In this document: positions 28,301 to 42,335 of the stretch, piece after piece
How positions within the stretch are numbered: position 1 is the first letter of the stretch
How the letters are laid out: every line of letters begins with the position of its first letter
NCBI GenBank assembly: GCA_964016885.1
Contig: OZ024743.1
Span: 62,124,001 to 62,188,000 of the forward strand
Direction of reading: 5' to 3'
Length of the DNA stretch: 64,000 nucleotides
Origin: Eledone cirrhosa
Lineage: Eukaryota
The notes under the pieces: model-generated
Database searches by the model: none
Seen by the model: the letters and a program-made list of their open reading frames with translations, nothing else
What the model was told of the DNA's origin: nothing
Translations under genes and position numbers: made by a program

Positions 28301-28955
28301 ATAGAATGAAAAATTAAAGAAGAAATAGAAAGATAGAGGAAACTGGGTAGTGGCAAAAACGAAAAAAAAATCTTGAGAAAAAAAAACACGTCTATTCACG
28401 ACGTCTTCTCTTGGAAAACTGTTCATGCTGGTATTGTTACATAAGTTGATCTTGTTTTAAAAGGCAGTGATCGAACCCTTCTAGCTGAAAAGGGAAAAAA
28501 TATCGTTTTACATATAGAACGTGCGAGTGTGTGTATATGTTTCTAACCCAGACATTTTCGGGAGTGAGTGGATTCGTCATGTAACTCTTTTCCACTTGCC
28601 CTCTCTCGCTCTCTCTCTCTCTGAAAGAAATCTGGTGGGTTTAAAGCGCTACGATTCCACCAAGAGTAACAGGTTCATATATCGACAAGATCCCAGACCT
28701 CATTCACTTTCCAAAAGGAGTGGACTTCGTCAATTCGGACTAAGAAAAAAATCTTTCAATTAGTGATACTATCTACAAGTCGCAAACCTTGGCAGAAAGA
28801 GCAACGTGAAACCAAGTGACTTGCTAAAGGATGCATTACCCGGTCCGGGAATCGAACTCGCAACTTCACGATTGCAAATCCAATCCTCTAACAACTAAGC
28901 CACGCACCTCTTCTCACATAAAACACACACATACACCCATAACCATTCTAGCAGG

Positions 28956-29966
<1,011 letters not shown>

Positions 29967-30307
29967 TTCATCGGATATTTCCAAAAGCGAATGAAACCCT
30001 AAAGGGTAGAAACGTAATCCTGGTATGTGTATATGCAGTTTTTCTTCTAACTTTAATTTTATACCTAATTGTGTACGGTTGACGATATATTTAATCGATT
30101 TCCACGTGCTATTGAAATGGTGGGTGAATATTCTATAGCTGTTGATCGCGAGTAGATGGCTGTCGTTTATTTATCTATTGTTTCTTCATAGGTGCCTTTT
30201 AATCTTATAGCGTGGTTTAATTGGGTTTTTTGTGTGGTTGATTATGCTGATTGGGAGAGGAAATGGTGTATATATCTTATCAAATGATTCTATGGACATA
30301 ATTTATA

Positions 30308-30373
<66 letters not shown>

Positions 30374-30579
30374 GCATACAGAGAGAGATGTAAAATCCTG
30401 ATTGCGGTACCCACTCTGCATCTCCCCATGCATTGAGTACTCCCATGGTCTCAACACTGCAGACTATATATATATATATGCTTTAAGCCACCAGAGTCAT
30501 AACGACCAGACTGCTCCTTGACAGTGTAGTTAGGGGCTCTAACCCTAGTGCTGTTAGATAGACTCTCCATATTTCTTTT

Positions 30580-30945
30580 CAATGGGGGATGGGTGCTACA
30601 CGAGAATGCTGAGGATGGCTCTGAACATTAATCAGTATGCACTGAGGATGAAAAACTCAGAGCTGTATGGGAGCCTCCCAAAAGTCAGCTCAAAAGTGAC
30701 AGAGGAGACTGAGGTTAGCTGGACATGCTCACCGACATCCAGAGTTACCACATCAGTCAGTGCTCCTGTGGGAGCCCCTGCATGGACACGTTGGAAGAGG
30801 AATACCAAGGTTAACGTATGTTGATGCCCTAAGGACAGACACTGGTCTGTTGGAGACGCAGGATAATGAGGCAGCGATAATGAGGGACAGAGACCGTTGG
30901 AGAGAACTCGTCCATGGATCACGGGAATTTTACCCGCCCTAGATA
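30580..30945 (+). mobile_element. RTE-clade LINE 3' fragment (second family)
   Basis: DGCYTRMLRMALNINQ..NSELYGSLPKVSSKV, then LLWEPLHG..GRGIPRLTYVDALRTDTGL..DRDRWR. Confidence 0.85.
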
Positions 30946-30984
30946 GATAGATAGATATATGCGTGTGTGTGTGTGTGTGTTTAT

Positions 30985-31140
30985 GTCCCGGATTCAACCG
31001 ACGGTAACTACAGTAATTAATGTACTCAATACATAGTAGAGTATATAAAATATTTAATATAGAAATGGCTTCTATAAGTTTAGAACTGTTTGATTCAAAC
31101 TAAACAGTTCTAGTCCTGTAGAAGCCATTTCTATATTATA
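30985..31140. mobile_element. Family P2 fold-back copy (hammerhead 5' half deleted)
   Basis: Inverted arms atagaaatggcttcta..agaactgttt / aaacagttct..tagaagccatttctat. Confidence 0.7.
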
Positions 31141-31169
31141 TATATGTATGTATATATATGTATATTATA

Positions 31170-31244
31170 CAGGGTGTCCCAAAAAATGTATACAACTTCA
31201 ATAGCATTCTAATAATAGTGTATACATTTTGGTGGGACATCCTG
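31170..31244. mobile_element. 75-bp Tc1/mariner MITE with TA TSD (copy 2)
   Basis: ta|cagggtgtcccaaaaaatgtatac...gtatacattttggtgggacatcctg|ta. Confidence 0.85.
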
Positions 31245-31348
31245 TATATATATCGAACCCTCTTCTTCGGATTTTAGTCTACGTAATTATTATTACTATA
31301 TATAGAGAGAGAATAAGAAAATACCAAGTAGTTTCAGATGTTAAAGTC

Positions 31349-31414
<66 letters not shown>

Positions 31415-31443
31415 ATAAATACCATATTTATTTTTTGATACCC

Positions 31444-31508
31444 AGATTCCTGATGATTTCTAAAGAATAAAACAGTTCTAGTCCTGTAGAATCTCATCTA
31501 TATTAAAA

Positions 31509-31510
<2 letters not shown>
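31444..31510 (+). ncRNA. Family P2 hammerhead copy with G12A change
   Basis: agattc-CTGATGA-tttctaaagaat-AAAA-cag ttctagtc ctg-TA-gaatct; stems I and III are perfect. Confidence 0.65.
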
Positions 31511-31548
<38 letters not shown>

Positions 31549-31859
31549 AGTTTTTATATAACAATATATATATATATACATATACATATATACATATATA
31601 TATATACATACACACATACACTCGCACGCATCCCAATCCATCATATTTATTTTAATAATGTACGGGTATTCTAGTAATGAACTTTTTTTGTCATGTATGT
31701 TTTTTAATAATTTTCGCAGGAGTGCTACCACTTAAAATGCGATAGATTAGCAAAAATTAATAAACATGGGAGTGGGGATCTAAAAAAGTAATAAGCGAGG
31801 TGGGGGGTGGGGACGATTATTCGAGACCTGAGAATGTGTGTGTGTGTGTGTGTACATTT

Positions 31860-32045
31860 CCCATGTATATCGGAAGGTGACCGCAGTTACAGAAGGTACT
31901 CAATACGTTTATAAAGTGTAGGCATATTTATTATAGAAACGACTTCTACATGACTAGAACTGTTTCATTCGTAAGAAATCATCAGGAAAGTTCTGATGAT
32001 TTATTATGAACGAAACAGTCATGTAGTAGTTATTTCTATAATAAT
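31860..32045. mobile_element. Family P2 fold-back copy with opposed hammerhead cores
   Basis: tcatcag (31979-31985) faces ctgatga (31993-31999); arms are homologous to 21392-21502. Confidence 0.7.
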
Positions 32046-32243
32046 ATATATTGGGTCGTCATGGATGAAATTTGTAGAAATTTGTTTTTTATCTACAAAT
32101 TTCATATTTGACTACCTAATATATATATATATGAGGGGGGGGGGGGCGTTGAAATCCAAACGAAGAATCGCTGCAATGACAATAGCGTAAGAAATAGAAT
32201 GAAATAGTCTTAGAAGTCAGAAACTAAGTGGCCATCAAATGTA

Positions 32244-32320
32244 CAGGTGTCCCAAAAAATGTATACACATATTTATTAGAATTCTGTTGAAGTATGTATA
32301 CATTTTGGGGGGACATCCTA
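32244..32320. mobile_element. Tc1/mariner MITE (copy 3)
   Basis: Same TIRs as 31170-31244. Confidence 0.8.
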
Positions 32321-32795
32321 TATATACAGATAGATAAGGAGAGAGAGAGAGTGTGTACGAGGGAACAGAAAGACAACACCTTTGGCAGAACTTTTATTAA
32401 AAGAACATTTGCCACCTCTTTTGTCTTACATTTATATTCCAAATTGTAAGTAAACGTTTTTTTGACAGGTTGTAGCTTTTGTGTGTGACAGACAGACAAA
32501 GAATGTCTACAGTTATTATTATATAGATTAGATTTTTACCGACAAAGATCTTAACTAGTTTCCTCGTATTCTCCAATTTTGCCATCACTAATGGTGGCAT
32601 GCTTGTCATAGTATCTCTCTCTAGTAGCTTCACAAACTCCTCCTTCACTATCTTTCTCATTCCTCCTATGCTGTCTCACTCTTTCTTTCTCTCCTTCCTA
32701 ATATACTCTCTCTTTTTCTATCGACACTTCTACGCTCTCTCTCAGTCCCACTAACTCACACTCACACTCTACTATATTTGAATGTACGCGCGCAC

Positions 32796-32833
<38 letters not shown>

Positions 32834-32848
32834 CAAGCGGTGGAAGGG

Positions 32849-32892
32849 ACCGTCCTGATGAAGGCCAGTTAAGCCTGAAATGCATAGACGGT
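32849..32892 (+). ncRNA. Minimal type I hammerhead ribozyme (intact core)
   Basis: accgtc-CTGATGA-aggc cagttaa gcct-GAAA-tgca-TA^gacggt. Stem I is 6 bp, stem II 4 bp, stem III is the palindrome ATGCAT. It lies in a segment of about 215 bp (32831-33045) between (TA)n arrays. Confidence 0.85.
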
Positions 32893-33136
32893 TGTCCCCC
32901 TTGCTTCTGCTGGACATCACTAGAGGGCGTTAGCCCCCCGGTGTTTGCATAGCTACGGCTTCCTAAAACTGTATTTCTTTGGAGCTACGAAATACTTATA
33001 CATATTGTATAAAGCTATGCTTGAAGCGAAATCCTATTTCTGTTATATATATATATATATAACAGGGGGTGTAACTTGGAGCGTCACCTACCAATAAATG
33101 TAATGGAGGAGTAACCAATCGTCCTTGTTATCCTTT

Positions 33137-33184
<48 letters not shown>

Positions 33185-33531
33185 TTGTTTCTGTGTATGT
33201 ATATATGGATGAGTATGTGGTGAAAAGGGTGAGAATTTTCAGAGGTGAATGTATGTTTACCAAGTGATTAAAGAAAGCCAGGTAGAAGGCAGATAGGTGT
33301 AAAAGTAGGTAGGATTGATTGGTTGGGTGGGAAGTTATGAAGCGTTGGGTGAGGTGGATATATAGGTAGTTATGTCGCTTGGTAGGTAAATAAGTTGATT
33401 GATTTGCCGACCGACAGATAGATAGGTAGGTAGGTAACTAAATTGACATACACAACGTCTGCCAAATAGACACGGTTAGATAAATAGGTAGATGGGAGGG
33501 TAGGTAGGTAGTTTGATAAGTTTGTGTGTAT

Positions 33532-33560
<29 letters not shown>

Positions 33561-33572
<12 letters not shown>

Positions 33573-34124
33573 TTAAAACTGAGCGTCGTCTGTATTATGT
33601 ATGTATGTATCCTACACACTTCCCTCCTATAGTTTCTTAGCTTTACTCTCTCCGTCGCTCTTCCCTCTCTCTATAATAGATCATTCCCCCTCTCTATAAT
33701 TTAACTGCTTTACTCTCTCTCTCTCTATTGCTCTTCACTCTCTCTATGACAACCCTGTTTTAGTTTCCGTATCTCCATTCAATATATACACATAGAGAGA
33801 GAAAGAGGGAGAGATTTAGAGAAAGATTAGGAAAACTACACATACACAGAGAGAGACAGAAAAACAGAGGGAGGGGAAAGAGAGAGATAGGCCGGTAGAC
33901 AGAGAGAGATACAATTAAAGTGTTAGTTATTCAGAGAGAGAGAGACAGACACAGACACAGAGAGACAGAGGGGGACCAGCAAGTGACCGTTTTCCAATGA
34001 CGTTAAATCAAGTATCGGCATTAAAATAATTTTGAAATAAACAATGTGTATGATCAAATGTAGCGGTGATTGAAAAATAACGTTCATTTCCGTGGTATTT
34101 CTTTCATCTGTCGTCGCTCGCATA

Positions 34125-34161
<37 letters not shown>

Positions 34162-34263
34162 TACACATACTTTCACACCTGATTTCGCCAATTACCGGAT
34201 AACATCAAAACAAAACACACATATACATACATGCACATACACACATTCACAAACACACATACA

Positions 34264-34316
<53 letters not shown>

Positions 34317-34535
34317 CTATACTTATAAAGCTGACGGTCGTATATATGTATGTAAGTATGTATGTATATTAACAACACAGCTTAACTCTTTCTTTTTAAA
34401 CTCATTTCTACGGTAGCTCCTCCCCTTTGCTACGAAGTCGGAAGGACAATGTGACACGGGAGGGTGTGTGGTATCTTTGCAGTGGAGTGGGGGGCGGGTA
34501 TACCTAGCCGGGCGCCAGCCGGACGGGACAGCTAG
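33561..34535 (+). mobile_element. Non-autonomous Helitron (about 975 bp)
   Basis: 5' t(a)tataatattattaaaac..gtctgta (TC merged into the TA array); 3' hairpin ccgggcgccagccgg followed by CTAG|T at 34532-34536. Confidence 0.65.
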
Positions 34536-35619
34536 TATATATATATAGTTCATGAATGCAAAATTACAGTTTTATTTGTTTCACGCTTGGTTTTTTTCTG
34601 TTAGTTAATGTGTGTGTGTGTGTGTGTGTGTAAAATATCCGTAGGTGTGAAAAAAGAAACAGTGCTCAATCGGGGGTGAGAGCTGATATATTATATTATT
34701 TATGTTCATACAGGGAACAAAAGAGCTATCTAAGGTTTCAAGACCAAATGTTGGCCATCTCTCCAGATTGAAAGAAGGATCAAAATTGTGACCTAATCTT
34801 CAGGCACGAGTAAAGCGTCTGAAGATCAAACAAAGCAATAATCAAGGTCTTTCCACACATGACAATCCCTACTTTATTTATGTATTTTTATTAACACTAT
34901 TTTTCAATTGGCCTTGTGCCTAAATCAGAAACTATTATTTTTCAATTATAGTCTTTCCAGACAATATTTTTTTTTAATAGTATATGGTAAATGGAAGGAG
35001 ATTTAGTTGCTATTTCTAGCTGCCTTTCCGTTGGCTTCAGCGGAAATGTGAAGATATAATGACAAATACTCCGACAGCTCGTCAGTTAAACAGAATTGAA
35101 GATTGATTGATAGATAGATAGGGAGGGAAGTATAGATAGATTGGTGTAGGGAGCTAGGTATAGATAGGTAGATGGATGTAGGTAGGTAAATTGGTAGTTA
35201 TATCTCTAGAGAGAATGAGAGATTGATATAAATATAGATAATTATATAGATAGTTATATGGGTGTATATAAAGGCTGGCTGATCTATCTGTCTCTCTGTT
35301 TCTATTTTTCTATCTATTGTGAGTGTGGGTTGTCGTGGAACACTGGTTTATAAAAGAGAAAATGGGAATATGGGTGACAAAAAGAGACAGAGATAATGAG
35401 ATTTAAACTATTTTAATTGTGTCCGTGTCTCTACATATATTTATTATGAGTGACATAGCATGAAGTCTCTAGCACACTCTCTCTCTCTCTCTCTATCTGC
35501 CTTATGTAAGAAGAATGAAAACACACACGCACACAGAGAAGAAACTTCAGAATAACTAGCCACTGACTTGGCCTTAATAAATGTGTGTGTGTGTGAGAGA
35601 GAGAAAGAGAGAGAGAGAA

Positions 35620-35900
35620 GGCTTAATGGCTATAGTTTTCGGCTCACATTCGTAAGACCGTGACTTCTATTTACGGCGGTGTGCTATGTCTTCCAACAAG
35701 GCACTTTATTTCACGTTGCTCAAGTTCACCTAGCCGGGAAAAAATTAGATGTACTTGTAATTCAAAGTCTTATCAAACATTTTTCACGCTGAATCTCCCT
35801 GAGAACTACGTTAAATGGTTTTATATATTTAATCAATCACTTGCGCGTTAATTTCATGAGCATGCTGTCCGTTGTCCGAACTAAAACACTCATCGGAATT
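35620..35900 (+). mobile_element. CORE-like SINE
   Basis: cggctcacattcgtaag..caaggcactttatttcacgttgctc..gagaactacgttaa. Confidence 0.7.
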
Positions 35901-35958
35901 TAGAAATGTCCATCACACACGGTTTTCAAGCATACACACATATAATCATGCTGTCATA

Positions 35959-36013
<55 letters not shown>

Positions 36014-36195
36014 GACAGAGTGTTTATATATAAACAAGACCGTTTTGCTCTAACCTGTCTATTCACCTTCAGTAACTACCCTAAATATACATACACTTAC
36101 ACTACACATATATACACTATATACGTATATAGAACAAACAGAAGCAATCACCGAATGCCCTATACGTAAATAATGCACTTGGAAAACAAACCCAA

Positions 36196-36196
36196 T

Positions 36197-36229
<33 letters not shown>

Positions 36230-36450
36230 ATATATATATAATATATATATAATATATATATATATAATATATAATATATATATAATATATATATATATAT
36301 AATATATATATATATATAATATATATATATAATATATATATATATAATATATATATATATAATATATATATAATATATATATATATAATATATATATAAT
36401 ATATATAATATATATATATATAATATTATATATAATATATATATATATAT
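36196..36450. repeat. (TA)n/(TATAA)n tract
   Basis: Direct. Confidence 0.95.
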
Positions 36451-36638
36451 AATTGTTTCTACTTTTGGCACAAGGCCAGCAATTATCCCAGTACATTACT
36501 GGTACTTTATTTTATCGACCCCGTAAGGATGAAAGGCAAAGTAAACCTCGGCGGGAATTGAACTCAGATCGTAAAGGGACGTAACTATGCTGGAAAGCAT
36601 ATCCTACCCTCTACCGATACTGCCAATTCACCGCCCTT
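36451..36638 (-). mobile_element. SINE family A
   Basis: Reverse complement of the 17228-17456 body. Confidence 0.85.
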
Positions 36639-36641
36639 ATA

Positions 36642-36680
<39 letters not shown>

Positions 36681-36682
<2 letters not shown>

Positions 36683-36771
36683 GAACGAGTAGGACCCCGA
36701 CGGCTGAGCTCAAGCCGTTTCGACGGCTAATTCTTATGGTCCATCTGGTTCCTTCCCACAATTCCTTCGTT
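36681..36771. mobile_element. Family P1 copy 4 (two inverted, non-overlapping halves)
   Basis: aggaacgagtaggacccc..ctaatt joined to the inverted ttatggtccatctggttcc..ttcgtt; (TA)n flanks. Confidence 0.8.
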
Positions 36772-37409
36772 ATATATATAATATATATAGATATACGTTG
36801 GTGGGATCTATTTGCAGACATATGTCCCATGTTTAAGTGTTTTATGTTTGATTTAAACATAGAGGTACATGAAACAATGCATGTACATGGAGTTTTCTGA
36901 TGTTTATTGAATTATCTGTTAGGATATTTCTCGTCATTGTTAACTGATGTTTCTGTCTTTGCGTGTTGTATAGAATTCTATAACATATACACCCTTATGC
37001 GTGTGCATGTCTATAGGAGATTGGCTTTGTGTATAGATACATAGATATTTATCTATACCCAGTATAGATAGACACGTATGTATGTATTTTAATATACACT
37101 TTCACCTTTCACCTTACACGTTAGGGATCATATTACAATCTGCTGCCATTAACGTTATCAAGATCAGTGCACCACTGGATGGTGAAAGGTTTTCTGCTCT
37201 TCCTTAAAGTTTACCCCCTAACACAGACTTACCATGTCGGAGTTTGCCTTGGTTTCCTTGGCATTAAATAACTGAAATTACAAGTCGTTCTCTCTGGACG
37301 CGACTCTAGTCTGATATTAATAATATTCCTATCATAGCTAAACAAAGAAACCATGTATTTTTGTGCACATTTGTATATAACTATTTCTTCTTAGATAATT
37401 GCCACTATT

Positions 37410-37900
37410 ATCCGGCTCTTTATCTTCTGAATTCAAACCCTACCGAGGTCAACTTTGCCTTTTATCCTTTCCTGTAGATTGAATAAAGATTCAGTTAAGA
37501 AGTCGATTTAATCGACTTACCCATACTCCAAATTGCTGACTTTGAGCCGAAATTAGAAACCTTTATCAGCTGACTCTTTATGTACTGAGTTCAAATTCCG
37601 CTGAAGTCAACTTTGCTTTTCATCTTTCTGAAATCGATAAAATAAGCTACCAGTCAAGTACTAGGGTCGATATTATCGACTTCCTCCACCTAATTGGTGG
37701 CTCTTTAATTTTTCGTGCGCAAATCACGCCGGCGTCGATATAAAGTACCAATCAAGTATCAAATCCTGCCGAAGTCATATTTTCCTTTCATTTAATCGGA
37801 GTCGATAAAATAAAGTACCAATAAAGAACTAGGGTCGGGATAATCGACTTTCCCATTCCCACAAATTGCTAGCCTTGTGCCTAAATTAGAAACATTATTC
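37410..37900 (+). mobile_element. Tandem cluster of 3-4 diverged SINE family A fragments
   Basis: Repeated gagttcaaat..gaagtcaactttgc..gtcgataaaataa. Confidence 0.75.
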
Positions 37901-37969
37901 TTATAACGGGTTTCAATTTTAACAGTACTTACGTTTACGTCTTTACAGTAGATAAAATATGCCAGGATG

Positions 37970-38005
<36 letters not shown>

Positions 38006-38010
38006 TCCTA

Positions 38011-38046
<36 letters not shown>

Positions 38047-38048
<2 letters not shown>

Positions 38049-38340
38049 TAGGCCACCTCTTCGGTCACGATTGACCATGGTTTTGCACCTAGGGTTGTTT
38101 CTGGAAACCAGCAGTCGCCCATGCATGCCAATCTCCCCTCTCCATGTCACCGATGTTGTCCAAGGGAAAGGCCTTGACTGATGCAGCCTGGCAACTCATT
38201 TCTACAGCTGAGTGAACTGGAGCAACGTGAAATACAGTGTTCTCCTCAAGAATATATCGCACTACCCGGTTCGTGATTCGAAATCACAACCTTACAATTG
38301 TGAACTCAACGCTCTAACCACTAAGTCATGCGCCTTCACC
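38047..38340 (-). mobile_element. tRNA-headed SINE with putative LINE-derived tail
   Basis: Reverse strand gtggttagagcg..gatttcgaatcac head and tttcacgttgctccagttcactcagctg body. Confidence 0.65.
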
Positions 38341-38472
38341 ATATAATTAATCTCTTGTCCACATACTGGGTCTCCGTCAGGTTTTGAATATATCTCATAC
38401 ACTTTTCACACCTTTTTCCTTCAGTAGTTAATGCGGAATTGATGTTACTTCTAACTGCAAACTTTTATTTAA

Positions 38473-38681
38473 CCCTTTAGCATTTAAACCGGCCGTATCC
38501 GGCCAGAATTCTCTCGTCTCTTTTTGTTCAAATTGATCCTAACTGGCCACTTATACCGATCTTAAGGTATAGTTCTCCAAATAAATAACATCAAAATCTC
38601 ATCGATTCGATATTATGTAAGATACTATTTGAAATAAAGTATTTACCATGAAAATACAATAGTAATGTAAATGCTAAAAGG
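38473..38681. mobile_element. piggyBac-like MITE
   Basis: ttaa|ccctttagcattta ... taaatgctaaaagg|ttac. Confidence 0.75.
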
Positions 38682-38798
38682 TTACTGCACACCACGCCTC
38701 ATCAACCACTTGCTGCACACACGTGCAGGTAATTTTGGCACTACAGGTCACTAGCCAATGACACAGACTCCTTGCTGTCGGTCAGTCTGTGAGATCTG

Positions 38799-38840
<42 letters not shown>

Positions 38841-40031
38841 GAGTGTAACGTGAAGTTACTGTTGGTTCACCCAGGTGAGCATTCGATGTTTAGATTCTCT
38901 TCTGTAGCTAGGTGTGGTTAAGGAATTAGCTTTGCAGTGTGGTGTCTTGGGTCATTGGTAAAGCTAACTCGTTAAACTCACATTCATGTCTGCGCCTATT
39001 ATATATACATTTATTTTTCTTATCTAGAATTATATTGTCCAAATTGACCTTCTCATGTTAAAATCGGTAGGCTGTTGTCTAACAGATTGAGCGACTGAGA
39101 GGAGTCTGTGTCAGTGGCTCGTGTCGTGTGGTGTCAAAATTTCCAGTAAATGCAGCAAATGGTTAAGGAGGCGTGATGTGCAGTATTTAAATAAAAGTGT
39201 ATGGTTAGAAGTAACAGCAATTCCGTCATTAACTACTGAAGGAAAAAGATGTAAAAAGTTAGCGAGATATATTCCAACCCTGACGGAGACTCAGTATGTG
39301 GGTCAGAGATTAATTTGTTGACAGCAAGCTGCAATAGGGAGCCATCAGATAGAAAAATATCTGAGTCATAAGATGAAAAGACACAGTCAATATAATAGGC
39401 GAGAAAATTATCTACAAGATTCTCTTTAGTGACTCTAGTGATAATTGTGATAGTGGTGATGATGATTAATAATAATAATAATAGTAATTTATTTATATCT
39501 TTATTTATATCATATTAATAATAATTCTTTCGTGTTTTATTTGCCACCAGGGCCCATTCAATGATACAATAAAATGCTTATAAAGGTGTTACAAAATATG
39601 TGAAAGGGTAAACAAAACGAAGCTCTATAAAAACAAGGGGTGGGGCAAAGACGTTACTCAATAAGAAGAAAAAGAAAAAAAGAAAAGTGGGGGTATAAGA
39701 CTAAGAGATAATAGCCCTCTTCCCCACTCCATTCCACCAAAAAGGAATCAGAACAGGTTGAACTTTTATGTACATGTACTGACAAAGTGGGTTACATGTT
39801 TGTCAACAACAAAGAGATTTTTTTTTAAATGGTGAATTTTAAAAGAAACTCTGTTGGTTGATTTGTCTACAAAGAACCAGCTTGGTCAGAAGATTGTAAT
39901 ATGGTGCCACAATGTAATATACTTGTGGGAAGTTATTTCATTGGAAGTATCTTTATATTAATGACTATTGTTAGTATTATCAACATCCCTTCATATTATA
40001 TACTAGTGCAGTCAATAATGACGGCAATAGC

Positions 40032-40455
40032 TTCTTCTTCGCCCACTTATTCCTGAGAGGGTCATGGGGGGCAGAATCCTTTTCCAACTGATCCGGTTGG
40101 ATCCCCAAGTGAGACCAGCTAAGCTCATGGATGTTATCCAACCAACTTGCTCGGGGTCTACTCCTGGGTCCCTTTTTCAGTTGGCTATGCAAAATCTGTC
40201 CAGCGATTCTTTCTTGAGACATTCTAATTATATGTCCGTAGTATCAGAGCTGTGATCTCTCAATTCGGAGAAATAGCGGCTCTACCTGGAGCGACTCTCT
40301 AATCTCTGAGCTACACACTCTATCGAGTAATGTTACTCCAAAGACCCTTTGGAGGAACCTCATTTCAACCGCTTGTTTCGCGGTCGTATTCTTTCGGTCA
40401 TTGCCCAAGGTTCATGACAATAGGTAAAGATTGGTCCGAATATCGAATTGGAGAT
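40032..40455 (-). mobile_element. RTE (Rex3-like) LINE 3' end
   Basis: MSQERIAGQIL..GPRSRPRASWLDNIHELSWSHLGIQPDQLE; same family as 1385-1835. Confidence 0.85.
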
Positions 40456-40977
40456 AGCAAGTTTGGCAATTATCCGACGGCAATAGAATTAAATGTGTTT
40501 AATTTTTTGAGTCCGGGATTGCCACATATATGAATAATCATATAAACTGGAAAATTTGTGTTTTTAATAAATCAATGATTTGTATAAAAGAAACAATACA
40601 GTTATCTTGATTACTAACAATTAGAAACGATCAAGATAAAATGTTATTTTATTAATTCATTTCTAGGATATAATTAAATACATGTTCGGTATATATGTAT
40701 AAATGGCATACAGGATTCCATGTTTGAGTAACTTTGAAGAAATGAGTATTTACACGGGAAGATTCAGGGTTAGAACTCTGGTGCTTGTGATTGGAAAGCG
40801 AACTTAATGTAGCAAAGTAACTGAGATGGGGATGCATTGTGTGTATATTTTTATTTGTGGAAACTTTAACAAATTACAAACCAGGATTTCTACCAAAACT
40901 CTTTTCCTACTATATCAAGCGTTAAACTAATACATTTCTTCAATGCAGTGTGTTGATTCCGTTTAACTCCCCCCTCC

Positions 40978-41048
<71 letters not shown>

Positions 41049-41371
41049 GGTAGATAAAATGTACAAACACATTTCGAATTTTTATGGTTGGTTATGATTT
41101 TCGCTGACACTATAAGTGAAATAGTTTACTTATCAACAAAAGCATAATGGCAACCAACAGAAAAGAGTAAATTAGGCGTGGTAAATGAAATCTGTGAATG
41201 CTGTAGGTATCACACCTTTAACACAACAATATCTCGCTTTTTAATATATTAAATACCGCACAGGTCTCCCCTGAACAAACTAGAAAAATAAAAAGGTGCG
41301 TTGTTAACAATAAAGCATCAAATAAGTCAGTTGAGAGGTTCTATATTACATTTAGAAATATATATATAGAT

Positions 41372-41548
41372 AACGAAGGAAATGTGGTAAGGAACCAGGT
41401 GGACCATAACGCACCAAAGTACTCAATACTTGGGGTAGTAGAGTGGGTAATAGGAACCAGTAAGACCCCGACGGCTGAGCTCAAGCCAGAGTCCAGAATT
41501 AGCCGTCGAAACGGCTTGAGCTCAGCCGTCGGGGTCTTACTGGTTCCT
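41372..41548. mobile_element. Family P1 copy 5
   Basis: Arms aggaaccagtaagacccc.. / ..ggggtcttactggttcct; TA flanks. Confidence 0.8.
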
Positions 41549-41574
41549 ATATATATATATATATATATATAGAA

Positions 41575-41616
<42 letters not shown>

Positions 41617-41804
41617 AATGCGTGTGTGTAATCATGTTCTCTTTATGACATTGTAACTTGTACCACTGTCTAGACAAACTTTATACCCACTTACAACCAA
41701 TGATGTAAGCACACAAAAGCTTTATGTATGTTAGATAATTTAATGTACATACGCACAACAAGTAACAATGTTTATAAAATAGTAAATACTACAATCTTCT
41801 GTTG

Positions 41805-42335
41805 GACATCCGTTGGTTACGACCATCAGTGTTCCAGTGATTCAAACAAAAGCAGCCTGCTCGTGAAATTACCGTGCAAAAGGCTGAGCATTACACAAAT
41901 ACGTCCTCATGTAACAATATTTTTCAATGAGATTCAGCCTGAAGCTGATTCTTTGAACTACAGGTACAACTTATTTTATAGTGGAATGGAGCAATGTCTC
42001 GTGCTCAAGTTCAAAATGCGCCGCCGTAAATTGAACTCATGACCTTACAATCTTCAGCCGAACACCCTAACCACTTAGCTACACTTCTTCATATATTGCA
42101 GCTAGAATGAAATAAAATAATAGTGTATTATATAGACAAGGCCAGCAATTTGGGGGGAGGGAGAAATCGATTAAATTGACCCCAGTGCGTGACTGATACT
42201 TTATTTTATCGACCCCGTAAGGATGAAAGGCAAAGTTAACCTTGACGGGATTTGAACTCAGAACGTAAAGGGATGTAATTAAATGCCGCAAAGCATGGCG
42301 TCCGACCCTCTACCGATACCGCCAATCCATCGCCC
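41805..42335 (-). mobile_element. CORE-like SINE (41805-42085) and SINE family A (42135-42335)
   Basis: Homology to other copies in the window. Confidence 0.75.
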
